Below, one piece after another: positions 39,482 to 48,202 of a stretch of 64,000 nucleotides of DNA. The notes under the pieces are model-generated. The model was not told the origin of the DNA. It saw only the letters and a program-made list of their open reading frames with translations, and ran no database searches. The stretch comes from Escherichia phage phiAPCEc03, in the sequence record NC_047754.1. One strand, 5' to 3'. The number at the start of each line of letters is the position of its first letter. Position 1 is the stretch's first letter. The position numbers and the translations under genes are program-made.

Positions 39482-40343
39482 CTAAAATTTCAATACGTTT
39501 TGCTAACATATCAATCTCTTCTTTATTTAAGTCACCAGGGTCTTTACCTTCAGGCAGAAGAAAGTTAGCAACTACAGGTGTTAAACGCGTTTTTGTACGA
39601 ATTAGCTTGGCCAATGCTTGTGCAGCTTTATTACCAGAAGCATCATTATCTAGTAAGATAACAACAACTTTTACACCGGCAATAATATAAGGACTGAACT
39701 TATCTGCAATGTTATCTGAAGTAAACTGATGTGTACCAAAGCAGCAGGAAGCATAGTCTATACCATTATCCTCTAGATTCAGCATATCAAAGATACCTTC
39801 AACTAGAATAAGAACTGGAGTATTATATCGTACAGGAAAAATTGGTGGTGAAACTTGTTTTGGTTTTACTAAGTATTTAGGAGGGGCAGAACTGTTTATA
39901 GAACGACCCAAAAATAGGATATTGCGTCCAACAGCATCTGTGATTGGGAATACAATTCTGCCTTCCCAGTCTGCTTGGTGTTGGAAAGCAAAATATTTCT
40001 TCAAGGTCTTAGAACTTATGCCTCGGAAATCACCTTCGAAAAGGTAAGCAGATTCAGGAATTGCAAGATTCGTTGATCCATTCCTAATCTCTGAAATCTT
40101 TTTACGTACTTGCGATAGCCTTGGGGACTGTCGGTACTGAGTCTCATTAAAATAATGGTAAATGCTCGGTATACCTTTACCGAATCCACAACTCAAGCAG
40201 TGCATAATACCTGTTTCAGGGTCAATACGCAAACTTGGGTGTTTATCGTCATGATCTGGATTGAGACAACATATAAGAATATCCCCGCCTGTATCCTTGT
40301 ACTCAATTCCTTTTAGATCAAGTAACTCTGTTATTCTACTCAT
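39453..40343 (-). CDS. DNA primase (DnaG-like: zinc finger plus TOPRIM)
   Basis: 296 aa; CHC2-type zinc finger CCLNPDHDDKHPSLRIDPETGIMHCLSCG; TOPRIM-like LVEGIFD...ILLDNDASG. Confidence 0.8.
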   Translation of the reverse strand: MSRITELLDLKGIEYKDTGGDILICCLNPDHDDKHPSLRIDPETGIMHCLSCGFGKGIPSIYHYFNETQYRQSPRLSQVRKKISEIRNGSTNLAIPESAYLFEGDFRGISSKTLKKYFAFQHQADWEGRIVFPITDAVGRNILFLGRSINSSAPPKYLVKPKQVSPPIFPVRYNTPVLILVEGIFDMLNLEDNGIDYASCCFGTHQFTSDNIADKFSPYIIAGVKVVVILLDNDASGNKAAQALAKLIRTKTRLTPVVANFLLPEGKDPGDLNKEEIDMLAKRIEILVAESLKDLV

Positions 40344-40873
40344 GAATTTAACTCCTCCAGTGAAGGATAATTAGATGTATCAAAAATTTCTATAACAGCA
40401 CGTTCTCCATGTAACTTAGTCCTTAATATATTTGCTGAATTTACAGCTAGCTCTAGCTCTTCATACTTAAATCTGCCACCATTTTTAAGAGTGCTATTAG
40501 AGTCTCTTACTTGAACTCTCCATCTTTGTTTTTCTATATCCCAAGCAACTCCCAAATATCCAGACTTACTACATGCGGTTTTATTTCTACTATTTTCCTG
40601 GGCTGTGGCGTCTCTTAGATTACACCATCGGTTATCAAAGGGTATTCTATTTACATGGTCTACTTTTTCAGGTAACGTGTTTTCCATAAATAGGAAGGCC
40701 ATACGATGGGCTTTATAATCACTACCATCTATACCGATAATTATATAACCGTTTGAATCCTTTCTAGTTACTATACTCCCGGCTTTCTGGTTGCCTCTAG
40801 ATACTTTTCTAATAAACTCCCCAGTCTCTGGGGAGTAGTCAAACAGTTCTTTTAGTCGTTCCTGTGTTATCAT
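40340..40873 (-). CDS. HNH-AP2 homing endonuclease
   Basis: 177 aa; HNH core VDHVNRIPFDNRWCNLRDATAQEN, AP2-like YLGVAWDIEKQRWRVQV; N-terminus MITQERLKELFDYSPETGEF nearly identical in pattern to the 60851 ORF. Confidence 0.75.
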   Translation of the reverse strand: MITQERLKELFDYSPETGEFIRKVSRGNQKAGSIVTRKDSNGYIIIGIDGSDYKAHRMAFLFMENTLPEKVDHVNRIPFDNRWCNLRDATAQENSRNKTACSKSGYLGVAWDIEKQRWRVQVRDSNSTLKNGGRFKYEELELAVNSANILRTKLHGERAVIEIFDTSNYPSLEELNS

Positions 40874-42393
40874 ATATCGCTGGCCTGTTCACCTGTTGAA
40901 TTTTCAGCTTTGTCTTTCTTAGCACGTTTAGATTGAGCTGGCTTATCCTTCTCAATAGGGATAACGAACTCAGCTTCCATTTGAGATATATCTTCCATTG
41001 CTAGGTTGGTAGTGTTATCCATCCGCAGGGTTTCCCAGTTCATTTTAGGCATAAACTTCACGCTATCAGAAGAACGAGTCTTAACGAAGTCAAACATAAT
41101 AGCACCTTGACCATTATCAGCTTTTGCAGCATTAAGATTAGCAGCCATGTCTGCGGAATCAAGAATCCCCTTTGACATACGTGTTCTACCATCTTGATCA
41201 ATCTGGTAAGGAGCTACACCAGCCACGTTATGTTTCTGGCAGATAGATTTGAAAGACGAGCTAACAACCATCTGTTCTTTCCAGTCATACATATCAATGG
41301 TTTTAGAGTCTGGAAGTCGGGTTTGGTTAATATAGTCCAGTAAAGCTACTGTAACTTTATCCCCATATCTAGCAACTAATTTATTTAATTCTACGTCAAC
41401 TGTTGTAATAGACAGCTCAGGATCATAAACAATAATCATAGGAGTATGTAGCTCATATCCTTCTATTAGCTTACTTTCCATATCGTAGAAATCACTCATC
41501 TTAGCCATTGTGTACTGTTTAACGAAATTGTCGAAAAGCTCTTCACCACCGTTAAACATCCTAGCTCTAGTTCTGGCTAATCTCAACAGAGCTGCACCTT
41601 CTAGAGTATTATTACGCATTGCTAGTGCTGATACACCAGCTAGCATAGCTAGATTACGTCTAAATACTTCATGTTCTTTCATCTCAATTGAGAAGTATGG
41701 AGCAATATCTCCATTCAAATATTGCTGAACCTGTATGTTTGAACAGATAATGGATTTACCAGTACCACGCCAACCACCAAGCAGTAACGTTTCTGTGCGA
41801 GCTAAACCAATTTGAGCGTCGAACTCATTACAAATACCAAGAGCGATTAAGTTCAGTTTGGTATCTTCTTCTCTCTGGAAAATACGCATGTTATCTGCGT
41901 TGAATACTTTTCCAGTATTCGTTACTTTCTCTTCTAATTTTAAGTGAAGGGAGGCAACTCGGTTAAGAATTTCTCCCTGATCCAGCATTGTTAAATCTTG
42001 AAGCACGTCTGTTTCTAGAAGCTTCAGGAATAAATCCTGTGTATACTCGGCCTCTAGGACTTCAAGTGCCTGTTCCATGCTAACTTCTGGAATTTGAGTG
42101 TTAGCTAAGACGACTAGAGCTTGAGAAAGGCGGGCGTTCCTATTAGCTTCAAGCATAAGTGCGTCAATGGACGGCATTGTGTTATATTTTTTATAATAAT
42201 TCTGGACGGCTTGGTAAATTGAGGAGAAAGCGTCATTAAAATGATCTTTATGCAGTTTTGAGAATGTTTCCAATGCTATTTGCTTCTGTTCGGAAGCTAG
42301 AAGCATCTTCAACACTACAGCTTGCACGTTAAACAAGGTCATTCTCCTTTGCACGCTTTCGTGCCTTCTAAATGCAAAAAGGGGAAGGAGCAT
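40870..42393 (-). CDS. DnaB-like replicative DNA helicase
   Basis: 507 aa; RecA-like C-terminal domain with Walker A GGWRGTGKS; adjacent to primase. Confidence 0.65.
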   Translation of the reverse strand: MLLPLFAFRRHESVQRRMTLFNVQAVVLKMLLASEQKQIALETFSKLHKDHFNDAFSSIYQAVQNYYKKYNTMPSIDALMLEANRNARLSQALVVLANTQIPEVSMEQALEVLEAEYTQDLFLKLLETDVLQDLTMLDQGEILNRVASLHLKLEEKVTNTGKVFNADNMRIFQREEDTKLNLIALGICNEFDAQIGLARTETLLLGGWRGTGKSIICSNIQVQQYLNGDIAPYFSIEMKEHEVFRRNLAMLAGVSALAMRNNTLEGAALLRLARTRARMFNGGEELFDNFVKQYTMAKMSDFYDMESKLIEGYELHTPMIIVYDPELSITTVDVELNKLVARYGDKVTVALLDYINQTRLPDSKTIDMYDWKEQMVVSSSFKSICQKHNVAGVAPYQIDQDGRTRMSKGILDSADMAANLNAAKADNGQGAIMFDFVKTRSSDSVKFMPKMNWETLRMDNTTNLAMEDISQMEAEFVIPIEKDKPAQSKRAKKDKAENSTGEQASDI

Positions 42394-42424
42394 AGCCCCC
42401 TCCCCTTAGGTTTAATTTACCAGA
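42394..42424 (-). terminator. intrinsic terminator
   Basis: Minus-strand hairpin AAGGGGAGGG-ggctatgct-CCTTCCCCTT followed by TTTGCATTT. Confidence 0.55.
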
Positions 42425-43192
42425 TTATTCAGCAGCCGCAGCTTTTGCATCCAGTTTAGCACGCTTAGCGGCACCATCATAGTCCTTAGCAACCAGACCA
42501 CGACGAGACAGCATAGATTTAACACCGCGCTCAGATTTACCAGTTTTCTCAGCGATCTCAGCAACAGTCATGTTAACCAGATCCAGACCTTCTAACAGAT
42601 CTTCACGAGTTTTAGCACTTGAGGTTTCCTGTACCGGCATAGCAGCGATACGACCTTCACGAAGCAGGCTCAGAGCTTTACCACGGATCTGCTTAATATT
42701 GCGACCGAAGTGAGCAGCGATAGCTTCAATAGTAGCACCAGCAACAACCTGATTAACAAAATCAGTTTCTTCATCCGGAGTGAAGGAACGAACAGCAGCA
42801 GCTTTTTCGGTTGGCTTAACAGAAGCGGTCATTTCCAGACTCAGGATCTTACCCTGTACCTGTTTAGCACCGAACTGACCACCAGCTACAGCAGCAGCGA
42901 TTTCAGCATAGGTATACTGACCAGCATGAGCGTTCAGGAAATCAACCAGTTCAGCTTCCTGCTCAGGAGTCCATGGGGATTTCTGTACTTCGTTGGCTTT
43001 CTGTACTTCAAAACCTTCTTTACGCAGTTTAGAACCAACAGAGCGGGCAGTAACATCTTTGCCAGTTTCAGCAGCCAGTTCAGCAGCGATAGCAGCTACT
43101 TGTTCTTGAGAGATTACAGAAACACCCAGAGCAGTGGCTTTTGCTTTCAGAGACTCGGTTACACCTTCTACGTTCCAGTTCAGTTTAGACAT
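42425..43192 (-). CDS. abundant DNA-binding protein with three HTH-like repeats (possibly T5 D5-like)
   Basis: 255 aa; three similar segments (YTYAEIAAAVAGGQFGAKQVQGKILSL / ATIEAIAAHFGRNIKQIRGKALSL / MTVAEIAEKTGKSERGVKSMLSRRGL); high-expression codon usage; Ala-rich. Confidence 0.45.
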   Translation of the reverse strand: MSKLNWNVEGVTESLKAKATALGVSVISQEQVAAIAAELAAETGKDVTARSVGSKLRKEGFEVQKANEVQKSPWTPEQEAELVDFLNAHAGQYTYAEIAAAVAGGQFGAKQVQGKILSLEMTASVKPTEKAAAVRSFTPDEETDFVNQVVAGATIEAIAAHFGRNIKQIRGKALSLLREGRIAAMPVQETSSAKTREDLLEGLDLVNMTVAEIAEKTGKSERGVKSMLSRRGLVAKDYDGAAKRAKLDAKAAAAE

Positions 43193-43958
43193 TATTATTT
43201 TTCTCCAATAGTTCTTTAATCGACAGGATTTCTATCCCATTCGTTTCGGCTTTCTTATAAGATGAGGAAGAACGTTTTGATTCATCCTCACAGATCAGGT
43301 ATTTGACATCTTTGGTAACGGATTTCTTAACCGTATATCCTAGACCTTCTAAATAGTTTGTTGCATCCGTTCTATTTGCAAAGTCTTGCAAAGATCCGGT
43401 AATACATACCGCGATTCCATTTGGCTGGGCAACTAAATCATCAGTAACGACGGTTTTAGCTTTAGCACCAGTTGAGAATTTCCACGGTAATTCGATAACA
43501 TCCTTGCCTTGTGGGGAATTTAGCCAGGCTTTATAGTTTTCTCCAGCCTTGCCGTCAGCCTTCACATCGTGGAAGCTAGTGCAATTTTGGGATAATTTCT
43601 TTGCTGCAACCTCTCCGATTAGAGGGATTCCTAAAGAACCGAGAACTGAACCAAAGTCAATGTCTCCGCGAACTTTAGTATTTAATTCGCTAATTAACTT
43701 AGCGGCAACCTTGCTACCCACGGCTCTAACCAAATCTTCTTCGGTTAGGTAAAATAGTTCTGAAATCTTCGTCAGCTCCAGCTTCTCAATAGTTTTTGGA
43801 CCAAAGCCCTTTAACTTAATTTTTGTACAGAAGTTCTCAATTAACTTACTTGATTGCGCTGGACAGTTGGACTTATTCCGACAGAATAATTGTCCGTTGA
43901 CAAGATCTAGCTTAGAACCACAAGAGGGACATTGTGTTGGAATTTCGATTTTCATCAA
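43185..43958 (-). CDS. ligB: NAD-dependent DNA ligase, C-terminal subunit (Zn finger, HhH, BRCT-like)
   Basis: 257 aa; CPSCGSKLDLVNGQLFCRNKSNC zinc finger near N-terminus, helix-hairpin-helix-like segments; separate ORF from adenylation domain. Confidence 0.7.
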   Translation of the reverse strand: MMKIEIPTQCPSCGSKLDLVNGQLFCRNKSNCPAQSSKLIENFCTKIKLKGFGPKTIEKLELTKISELFYLTEEDLVRAVGSKVAAKLISELNTKVRGDIDFGSVLGSLGIPLIGEVAAKKLSQNCTSFHDVKADGKAGENYKAWLNSPQGKDVIELPWKFSTGAKAKTVVTDDLVAQPNGIAVCITGSLQDFANRTDATNYLEGLGYTVKKSVTKDVKYLICEDESKRSSSSYKKAETNGIEILSIKELLEKNNNV

Positions 43959-43985
43959 AGTTCTTCCTTATCAATTTATATAAAT

Positions 43986-44014
43986 ATTATAGCAAGTATT
44001 TAAGCATTTAGCAA
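43986..44014 (-). promoter_or_regulatory. sigma70 promoter between the ligase halves (-35 TTGCTA, 17 nt, -10 TATAAT)
   Basis: Minus strand TTGCTA-aatgcttaaatacttgc-TATAAT-ATTTATATAAATTGAT. Confidence 0.6.
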
Positions 44015-44157
44015 CTACAATTTTAACTAACTTTGCTTACCCTCGCCATAACTTTCTATCCCTCAACTGAATGATAATAGTATATACCTAAGCGGCGAAA
44101 ATGTCAATAACCACTTTATAATTCCGATATGGTAGATGGGTAGCAAAGGGTTATGTA

Positions 44158-45129
44158 TTAATCGTATACTCGCTCTACTATACACGGGATTACACCACCA
44201 GCACGAATTACTCGAATCTGGCAACCGATCTCTAGATCAAGAGAGTTAATATAATCAACGTTATTAAGAGTCGCCTTAACAATTGTAGCATCATCAATAA
44301 TTACCGGTTCGAAATAACCAACTGGAGTTACTTTACCAGAGGCCCCTACCTGCCATTCAACTTTAGTAAGAGTTGTAATCTCGCCTTCTTCATCCTCTTT
44401 AATAGCGAAGGCTCCACGAGGGAATTTATTAGTCCAGCCCTCTCGGAAGAATTTGTTGTTATCATTAATACGAACAACTTTACCGTCCGTCGGAATCCAT
44501 TTAAAGAAGGAACGCACATTAACAACTGTTAAGAAGTTCTCATTCTCTAGCCAAAGCATATCTTTTAAATATGCTTCTGTAATACCTACAGATTCAGCAG
44601 AACACTGGATACCGTATGCGACGAAGATTAAACCACCTTCCCCTATACGTTGTACGAAATCATCGCTATCTTTGAGGTTAATAGCACCAGAGGCAAAGTT
44701 ACGTTTATTTTCTACTTCTTTTGTAATTAGAACTTCACCAGTGATTTGAGTAGGTACTTTTTGGGAAATCTTTTGAGGGATGTTCAGCAATCTTACGTTG
44801 CTTGTGACATCATTCCCTAGAATACCATTACCACGAGTTAGTGCTTGAACAAATTCGCCATTAATATATAACAGAGAAATCGCACAACCATCTAACTTAT
44901 CAGTTTCTACCTGACCTAACGGGTTGAACGGAGGTTTATCTCCACGATTATAATAAACTTTCTGTAAAGAATACATACGATACAGATGTGGAATATCACC
45001 CTTAGGCCCGATCTCTTCTTCTAATGGAAATCTTTTAATCAGACGATCATATTCTTCGTCAGAGATTAAAGACATACCTTGATAATATGCTTCTTGACAG
45101 CGTTTAATAAAGTCTTTTACATTAGTCAT
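44158..45129 (-). CDS. ligA: NAD-dependent DNA ligase, N-terminal adenylation subunit
   Basis: 323 aa; adenylation motif KLDGCAISLLY (KxDG) and OB-fold region; stops 199 nt before the Zn-finger subunit. Confidence 0.75.
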   Translation of the reverse strand: MTNVKDFIKRCQEAYYQGMSLISDEEYDRLIKRFPLEEEIGPKGDIPHLYRMYSLQKVYYNRGDKPPFNPLGQVETDKLDGCAISLLYINGEFVQALTRGNGILGNDVTSNVRLLNIPQKISQKVPTQITGEVLITKEVENKRNFASGAINLKDSDDFVQRIGEGGLIFVAYGIQCSAESVGITEAYLKDMLWLENENFLTVVNVRSFFKWIPTDGKVVRINDNNKFFREGWTNKFPRGAFAIKEDEEGEITTLTKVEWQVGASGKVTPVGYFEPVIIDDATIVKATLNNVDYINSLDLEIGCQIRVIRAGGVIPCIVERVYD

Positions 45130-45160
45130 TTATTTATATCTCTCATCAATTTATATAAAT

Positions 45161-45189
45161 ATTATATAATAAAACTGAGTTGAAAGCAA
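45161..45189 (-). promoter_or_regulatory. sigma70 promoter for ligA (-35 TTGCTT, 17 nt, -10 TATAAT)
   Basis: Minus strand TTGCTT-tcaactcagttttatta-TATAAT-ATTTATATAAATTGATGAGAG. Confidence 0.6.
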
Positions 45190-45202
45190 ATACATTTATA
45201 AA

Positions 45203-45233
45203 GAAAAAGCCAAGAACTAGGCATTCTTGGCTT
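45203..45233 (-). terminator. intrinsic terminator
   Basis: Hairpin GCCAAGAA-tgcctag-TTCTTGGC followed by TTTTTC on minus strand. Confidence 0.6.
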
Positions 45234-45525
45234 TGAGTTCTTCAGCTCGTTTCTGTACTTCATGTAAAACCTCAGATTCGCTAAGAATCTGTGTAAACGC
45301 ATAGAAAAGCTGTGATGTTGTTTCTAGGGTGTAAGGAAAAGAGAAGCCAGATTTCGTTGGAAACCATTCATCATTAATATCAAGAAGCCAGTAACGAATA
45401 CCCATGTATAGATTCCCACGAAATTCAGATACTGTTAATCTTACTTGTTCTCCCTCCTTCTCCCAAAGTATGATGGACTGGTCATCAACGTGTCCTTCAT
45501 AGTTTTGATTTACCTGTTCGCTCAT
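45217..45525 (-). CDS. hypothetical protein
   Basis: 102 aa ORF with upstream SD; no recognised motif. Confidence 0.45.
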   Translation of the reverse strand: MSEQVNQNYEGHVDDQSIILWEKEGEQVRLTVSEFRGNLYMGIRYWLLDINDEWFPTKSGFSFPYTLETTSQLFYAFTQILSESEVLHEVQKRAEELKAKNA

Positions 45526-45575
45526 TTACATATTCCAAATACACAAAAAGCCCCATATAGGGGCTAATTGGTTTC

Positions 45576-45872
45576 TTATCGGCCTACTGGAGAAGCACGA
45601 TCTAACTCTGATTGGAGGCTAGTCACACGACGGACTTTCTCGACAGGAATAAAACGGAAGCTATCATTAGTACGAGAGAAGACAAGGATCTCATCATCTT
45701 TCGCTTTACGAATACGTTCACGTTTAATACGCTCAGCTAGATATTTATCTTGGGCTGGATCAAATTCCATTGTACCCTGAAGGTACGTGGTTCCTTTCTG
45801 ACGAAGTTTCTCGTAATGAAGATAAAACTCACCAAATTTTTCACATTGTGCGATAATTTCAGCTTTGGTCAT
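45576..45872 (-). CDS. hypothetical protein
   Basis: 98 aa ORF; followed by hairpin AGCCCC-tatat-GGGGCT-TTTT. Confidence 0.45.
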   Translation of the reverse strand: MTKAEIIAQCEKFGEFYLHYEKLRQKGTTYLQGTMEFDPAQDKYLAERIKRERIRKAKDDEILVFSRTNDSFRFIPVEKVRRVTSLQSELDRASPVGR

Positions 45873-45908
45873 AACTGTGTTCCTTTTGTTGGTGGATTTA
45901 TCTAAAAA

Positions 45909-46319
45909 TTACTTAGTGATAGCTCGGATTGCTTCTGCCAGATGAGCAGCCGCTTTACCGGTCAGTTTGTCGATAATTGCATCATCCAGAAAATCTGGTG
46001 CTAGGCCAGCATCAGAGAATGCTGAACGAAGGTCGGCGTGAGCTTGGGCTTTGGAGGTACGAGAACCACCGGAAGCTTTTTCTCCAGTAGATGCGCTAGA
46101 TTTAGAAGCAGAGCCAGCAGCTTTCTTGATATACAAACCTGCTTTAGTCAGCTTCATACGAAAACCGTTCGGAGTTACACCATTTTCCTGGGCAATTTCG
46201 CTAACAATTTCCATGCTAACACCCGGACGTTCATCCTCTGGGAATTGCTCCATACGAGCAACGTATTCGGAAGACATTTTTTCGAACAGTTCATCAGTCC
46301 ACTGAGTTGGAGTAGTCAT
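45909..46319 (-). CDS. hypothetical protein (Ser/Ala-rich low-complexity centre)
   Basis: 136 aa ORF downstream of promoter at 46377. Confidence 0.45.
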   Translation of the reverse strand: MTTPTQWTDELFEKMSSEYVARMEQFPEDERPGVSMEIVSEIAQENGVTPNGFRMKLTKAGLYIKKAAGSASKSSASTGEKASGGSRTSKAQAHADLRSAFSDAGLAPDFLDDAIIDKLTGKAAAHLAEAIRAITK

Positions 46320-46376
46320 ATTTTATATTTCCTTAATTAAGAATTAAACAGAATAGTTCTTTCAAACTATGAGAAT

Positions 46377-46405
46377 ATTATATCAAGAATTATAAGATTA
46401 AGCAA
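46377..46405 (-). promoter_or_regulatory. sigma70 promoter (-35 TTGCTT, 17 nt, -10 TATAAT)
   Basis: Minus strand TTGCTT-aatcttataattcttga-TATAAT-ATTCTCATAG. Confidence 0.6.
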
Positions 46406-46425
46406 CTGAAATTTTTCTGTAATTG

Positions 46426-46713
46426 CTACACATCTAGCTCAACGATCTCCCAATCATCCGCCAGAGCTTCTTCTAGGGTTAGGGAGGTGGTTTTCCATGT
46501 TGCGTCTTTTATATCGAACTTGGTATACCCATCTTCATTGGGCCACCAGGTAAACTCGACAATATCATTATTATCAACATCTACTTTTATAATAGTAGAG
46601 TAATAAGTACGAGCATCCCAGTTACCCCAGCTATCTCGCTGGAGATATTTTACATCTCCATCTTTGAGCAAATCTGTTAGTTTACTCACGGCGTTTTCCT
46701 TTTTCTTTATCAA
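46426..46713 (-). CDS. hypothetical protein
   Basis: 95 aa acidic ORF. Confidence 0.4.
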   Translation of the reverse strand: MIKKKENAVSKLTDLLKDGDVKYLQRDSWGNWDARTYYSTIIKVDVDNNDIVEFTWWPNEDGYTKFDIKDATWKTTSLTLEEALADDWEIVELDV

Positions 46714-47386
46714 GTTTCAGGGCAGCCTTAACAGCTTCGTTAATCAACGTAATAATTTCTTCACGAGTCCATTTATACCCCAGAGACTTTACGTCTACCC
46801 CTAACTTTTCCAGATGTTTAACAGAAGCCAGCTCGTAATTCATATAATGAACGTTCTGTTGTTTGCCTTCTGATAGAAGCCATACACGGTAGCAACCAAC
46901 AGGATTATCCATTGCTTTTTTGATTTCACCGATACACTGGTATCCAGGAACCCAAACAAGCTCACCAACTGCAAATTCTTCTGCTACAGCATCATCAGGA
47001 ATAATCGGAGGATTCAATGGATCTACAATATCATTCAAACGAAGTAGAGCACCGTAGCGTTCCAGAACAGATTTAACCATTGCTACAGAGCGATAATTAC
47101 GATCGGCAATTTCTTCAAAAGAATCACCAGATAAATACTGCTCAATAACGTTGGCTAACTCGATGCCTTCAATAAGTGTGCCACGTTTCTTTTTCTTCAT
47201 TTCGGCAACTTGAATCTGGCGGTCTTGCCATTCTTCAATCATCCTTTCCATAGTTGGGTTGGATGATACGCCGAGCATTTCACATGCTGCTTTCTTAGTA
47301 CCACCGTTCTCCAGATGCTCTATAACTTTTTTAAAGACTTCATCCGGGATTTCATGGATATGTTTCTTTCTGCGAGAACCAGCCAT
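46682..47386 (-). CDS. putative HTH DNA-binding regulator
   Basis: 234 aa; N-terminal helix-turn-helix-like segment TKKAACEMLGVSSNPTMERMIEEW; basic termini. Confidence 0.45.
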   Translation of the reverse strand: MAGSRRKKHIHEIPDEVFKKVIEHLENGGTKKAACEMLGVSSNPTMERMIEEWQDRQIQVAEMKKKKRGTLIEGIELANVIEQYLSGDSFEEIADRNYRSVAMVKSVLERYGALLRLNDIVDPLNPPIIPDDAVAEEFAVGELVWVPGYQCIGEIKKAMDNPVGCYRVWLLSEGKQQNVHYMNYELASVKHLEKLGVDVKSLGYKWTREEIITLINEAVKAALKLDKEKGKRRE

Positions 47387-47417
47387 ATTTAAACTCCTCT
47401 CTCAAATTTATGAATCT

Positions 47418-47446
47418 ATTATACAGAAAAATTTTCCTGAAAGCAA
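47418..47446 (-). promoter_or_regulatory. sigma70 promoter (-35 TTGCTT, 17 nt, -10 TATAAT)
   Basis: Minus strand TTGCTT-tcaggaaaatttttctg-TATAAT-AGATTCATAAATTTGAGAGAGGAG then ATG at 47386. Confidence 0.6.
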
Positions 47447-47454
47447 ATAAATTT

Positions 47455-47796
47455 TTACGATTCCTTGAGCAAAGAAGAAAGTTCAGCATATACTTTATCT
47501 AACTCAAACCCTATGCGAAGAGATACGTTAGTCCTCCGTTGTTTAAGTAACCACTCGGATATGTTAGGGATGCCAGCTAATCTATGTGGTACCACCCTAC
47601 ATAGCTTTTCCGAAGTATCATAAACAGGAACTTTACGTTCTTTTACTGGAAACTTCCTTGTTTCCCATTTTTTATTCTTCACTGTCATATCTCTCCGAGG
47701 GATTAAATTCACCAAACAGCTCTTTAACTCCCCTAAGGTATAGCTGATGGGCTTCTTCCGGGGTATCTCGTCTACCAAAAATATGTTGCTTTCCAT
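47455..47796 (-). CDS. hypothetical protein (true start possibly internal Met near 47690)
   Basis: 113 aa ORF overlapping 3' end of upstream HNH gene by 125 nt; basic. Confidence 0.3.
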   Translation of the reverse strand: MESNIFLVDEIPRKKPISYTLGELKSCLVNLIPRRDMTVKNKKWETRKFPVKERKVPVYDTSEKLCRVVPHRLAGIPNISEWLLKQRRTNVSLRIGFELDKVYAELSSLLKES

Positions 47797-48202
47797 CGCA
47801 GTAAGCGTAGGCCATATACCTATTACCTCGTTTTACAACTCCAGTGAATCCGGTAGAATTAGTAGAACACTTCTTATTCTTTCCATTTTCGGAATAGGTA
47901 GCCTTACGTAAATTATCCCACAAGTTGTTTAAACTATCACCGTCTTTATGGTCAATAGTTTTATCTCCAGGATCTTCACCTGTCTTTATAAACCAGATTA
48001 TTCTATGGGCTAAGTAAGCTGTCCGCTCCCCATTTATCATAAACTCTAGCTGTCTCCCAGTTTTCATTTTGGAGCCCGCTACTTTTCCCTTCCTTGGGCC
48101 AGATAACCAAATTAAGTCCCCAGTACTTTCGTCATATCTAAGCTTTTCTAGGATAAATGCCATAGGAGGCATTGGTTTATGCATCTTCATTAGTTGCTCC
48201 AA
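47672..48202 (-). CDS. HNH-AP2 homing endonuclease
   Basis: 176 aa; HNH core IDHKDGDSLNNLWDNLRKATYSENGKN, AP2-like TGFTGVVKRGNRYMAYAYCDGKQHIFGRRDTPEEAHQLY. Confidence 0.75.
   Translation of the reverse strand: MEQLMKMHKPMPPMAFILEKLRYDESTGDLIWLSGPRKGKVAGSKMKTGRQLEFMINGERTAYLAHRIIWFIKTGEDPGDKTIDHKDGDSLNNLWDNLRKATYSENGKNKKCSTNSTGFTGVVKRGNRYMAYAYCDGKQHIFGRRDTPEEAHQLYLRGVKELFGEFNPSERYDSEE

Noticed and set aside
42710-43219. 169 aa ORF antisense to the D5-like gene
   Set aside because: Antisense within a codon-optimised gene; Ser/Phe-rich nonsense-like translation.
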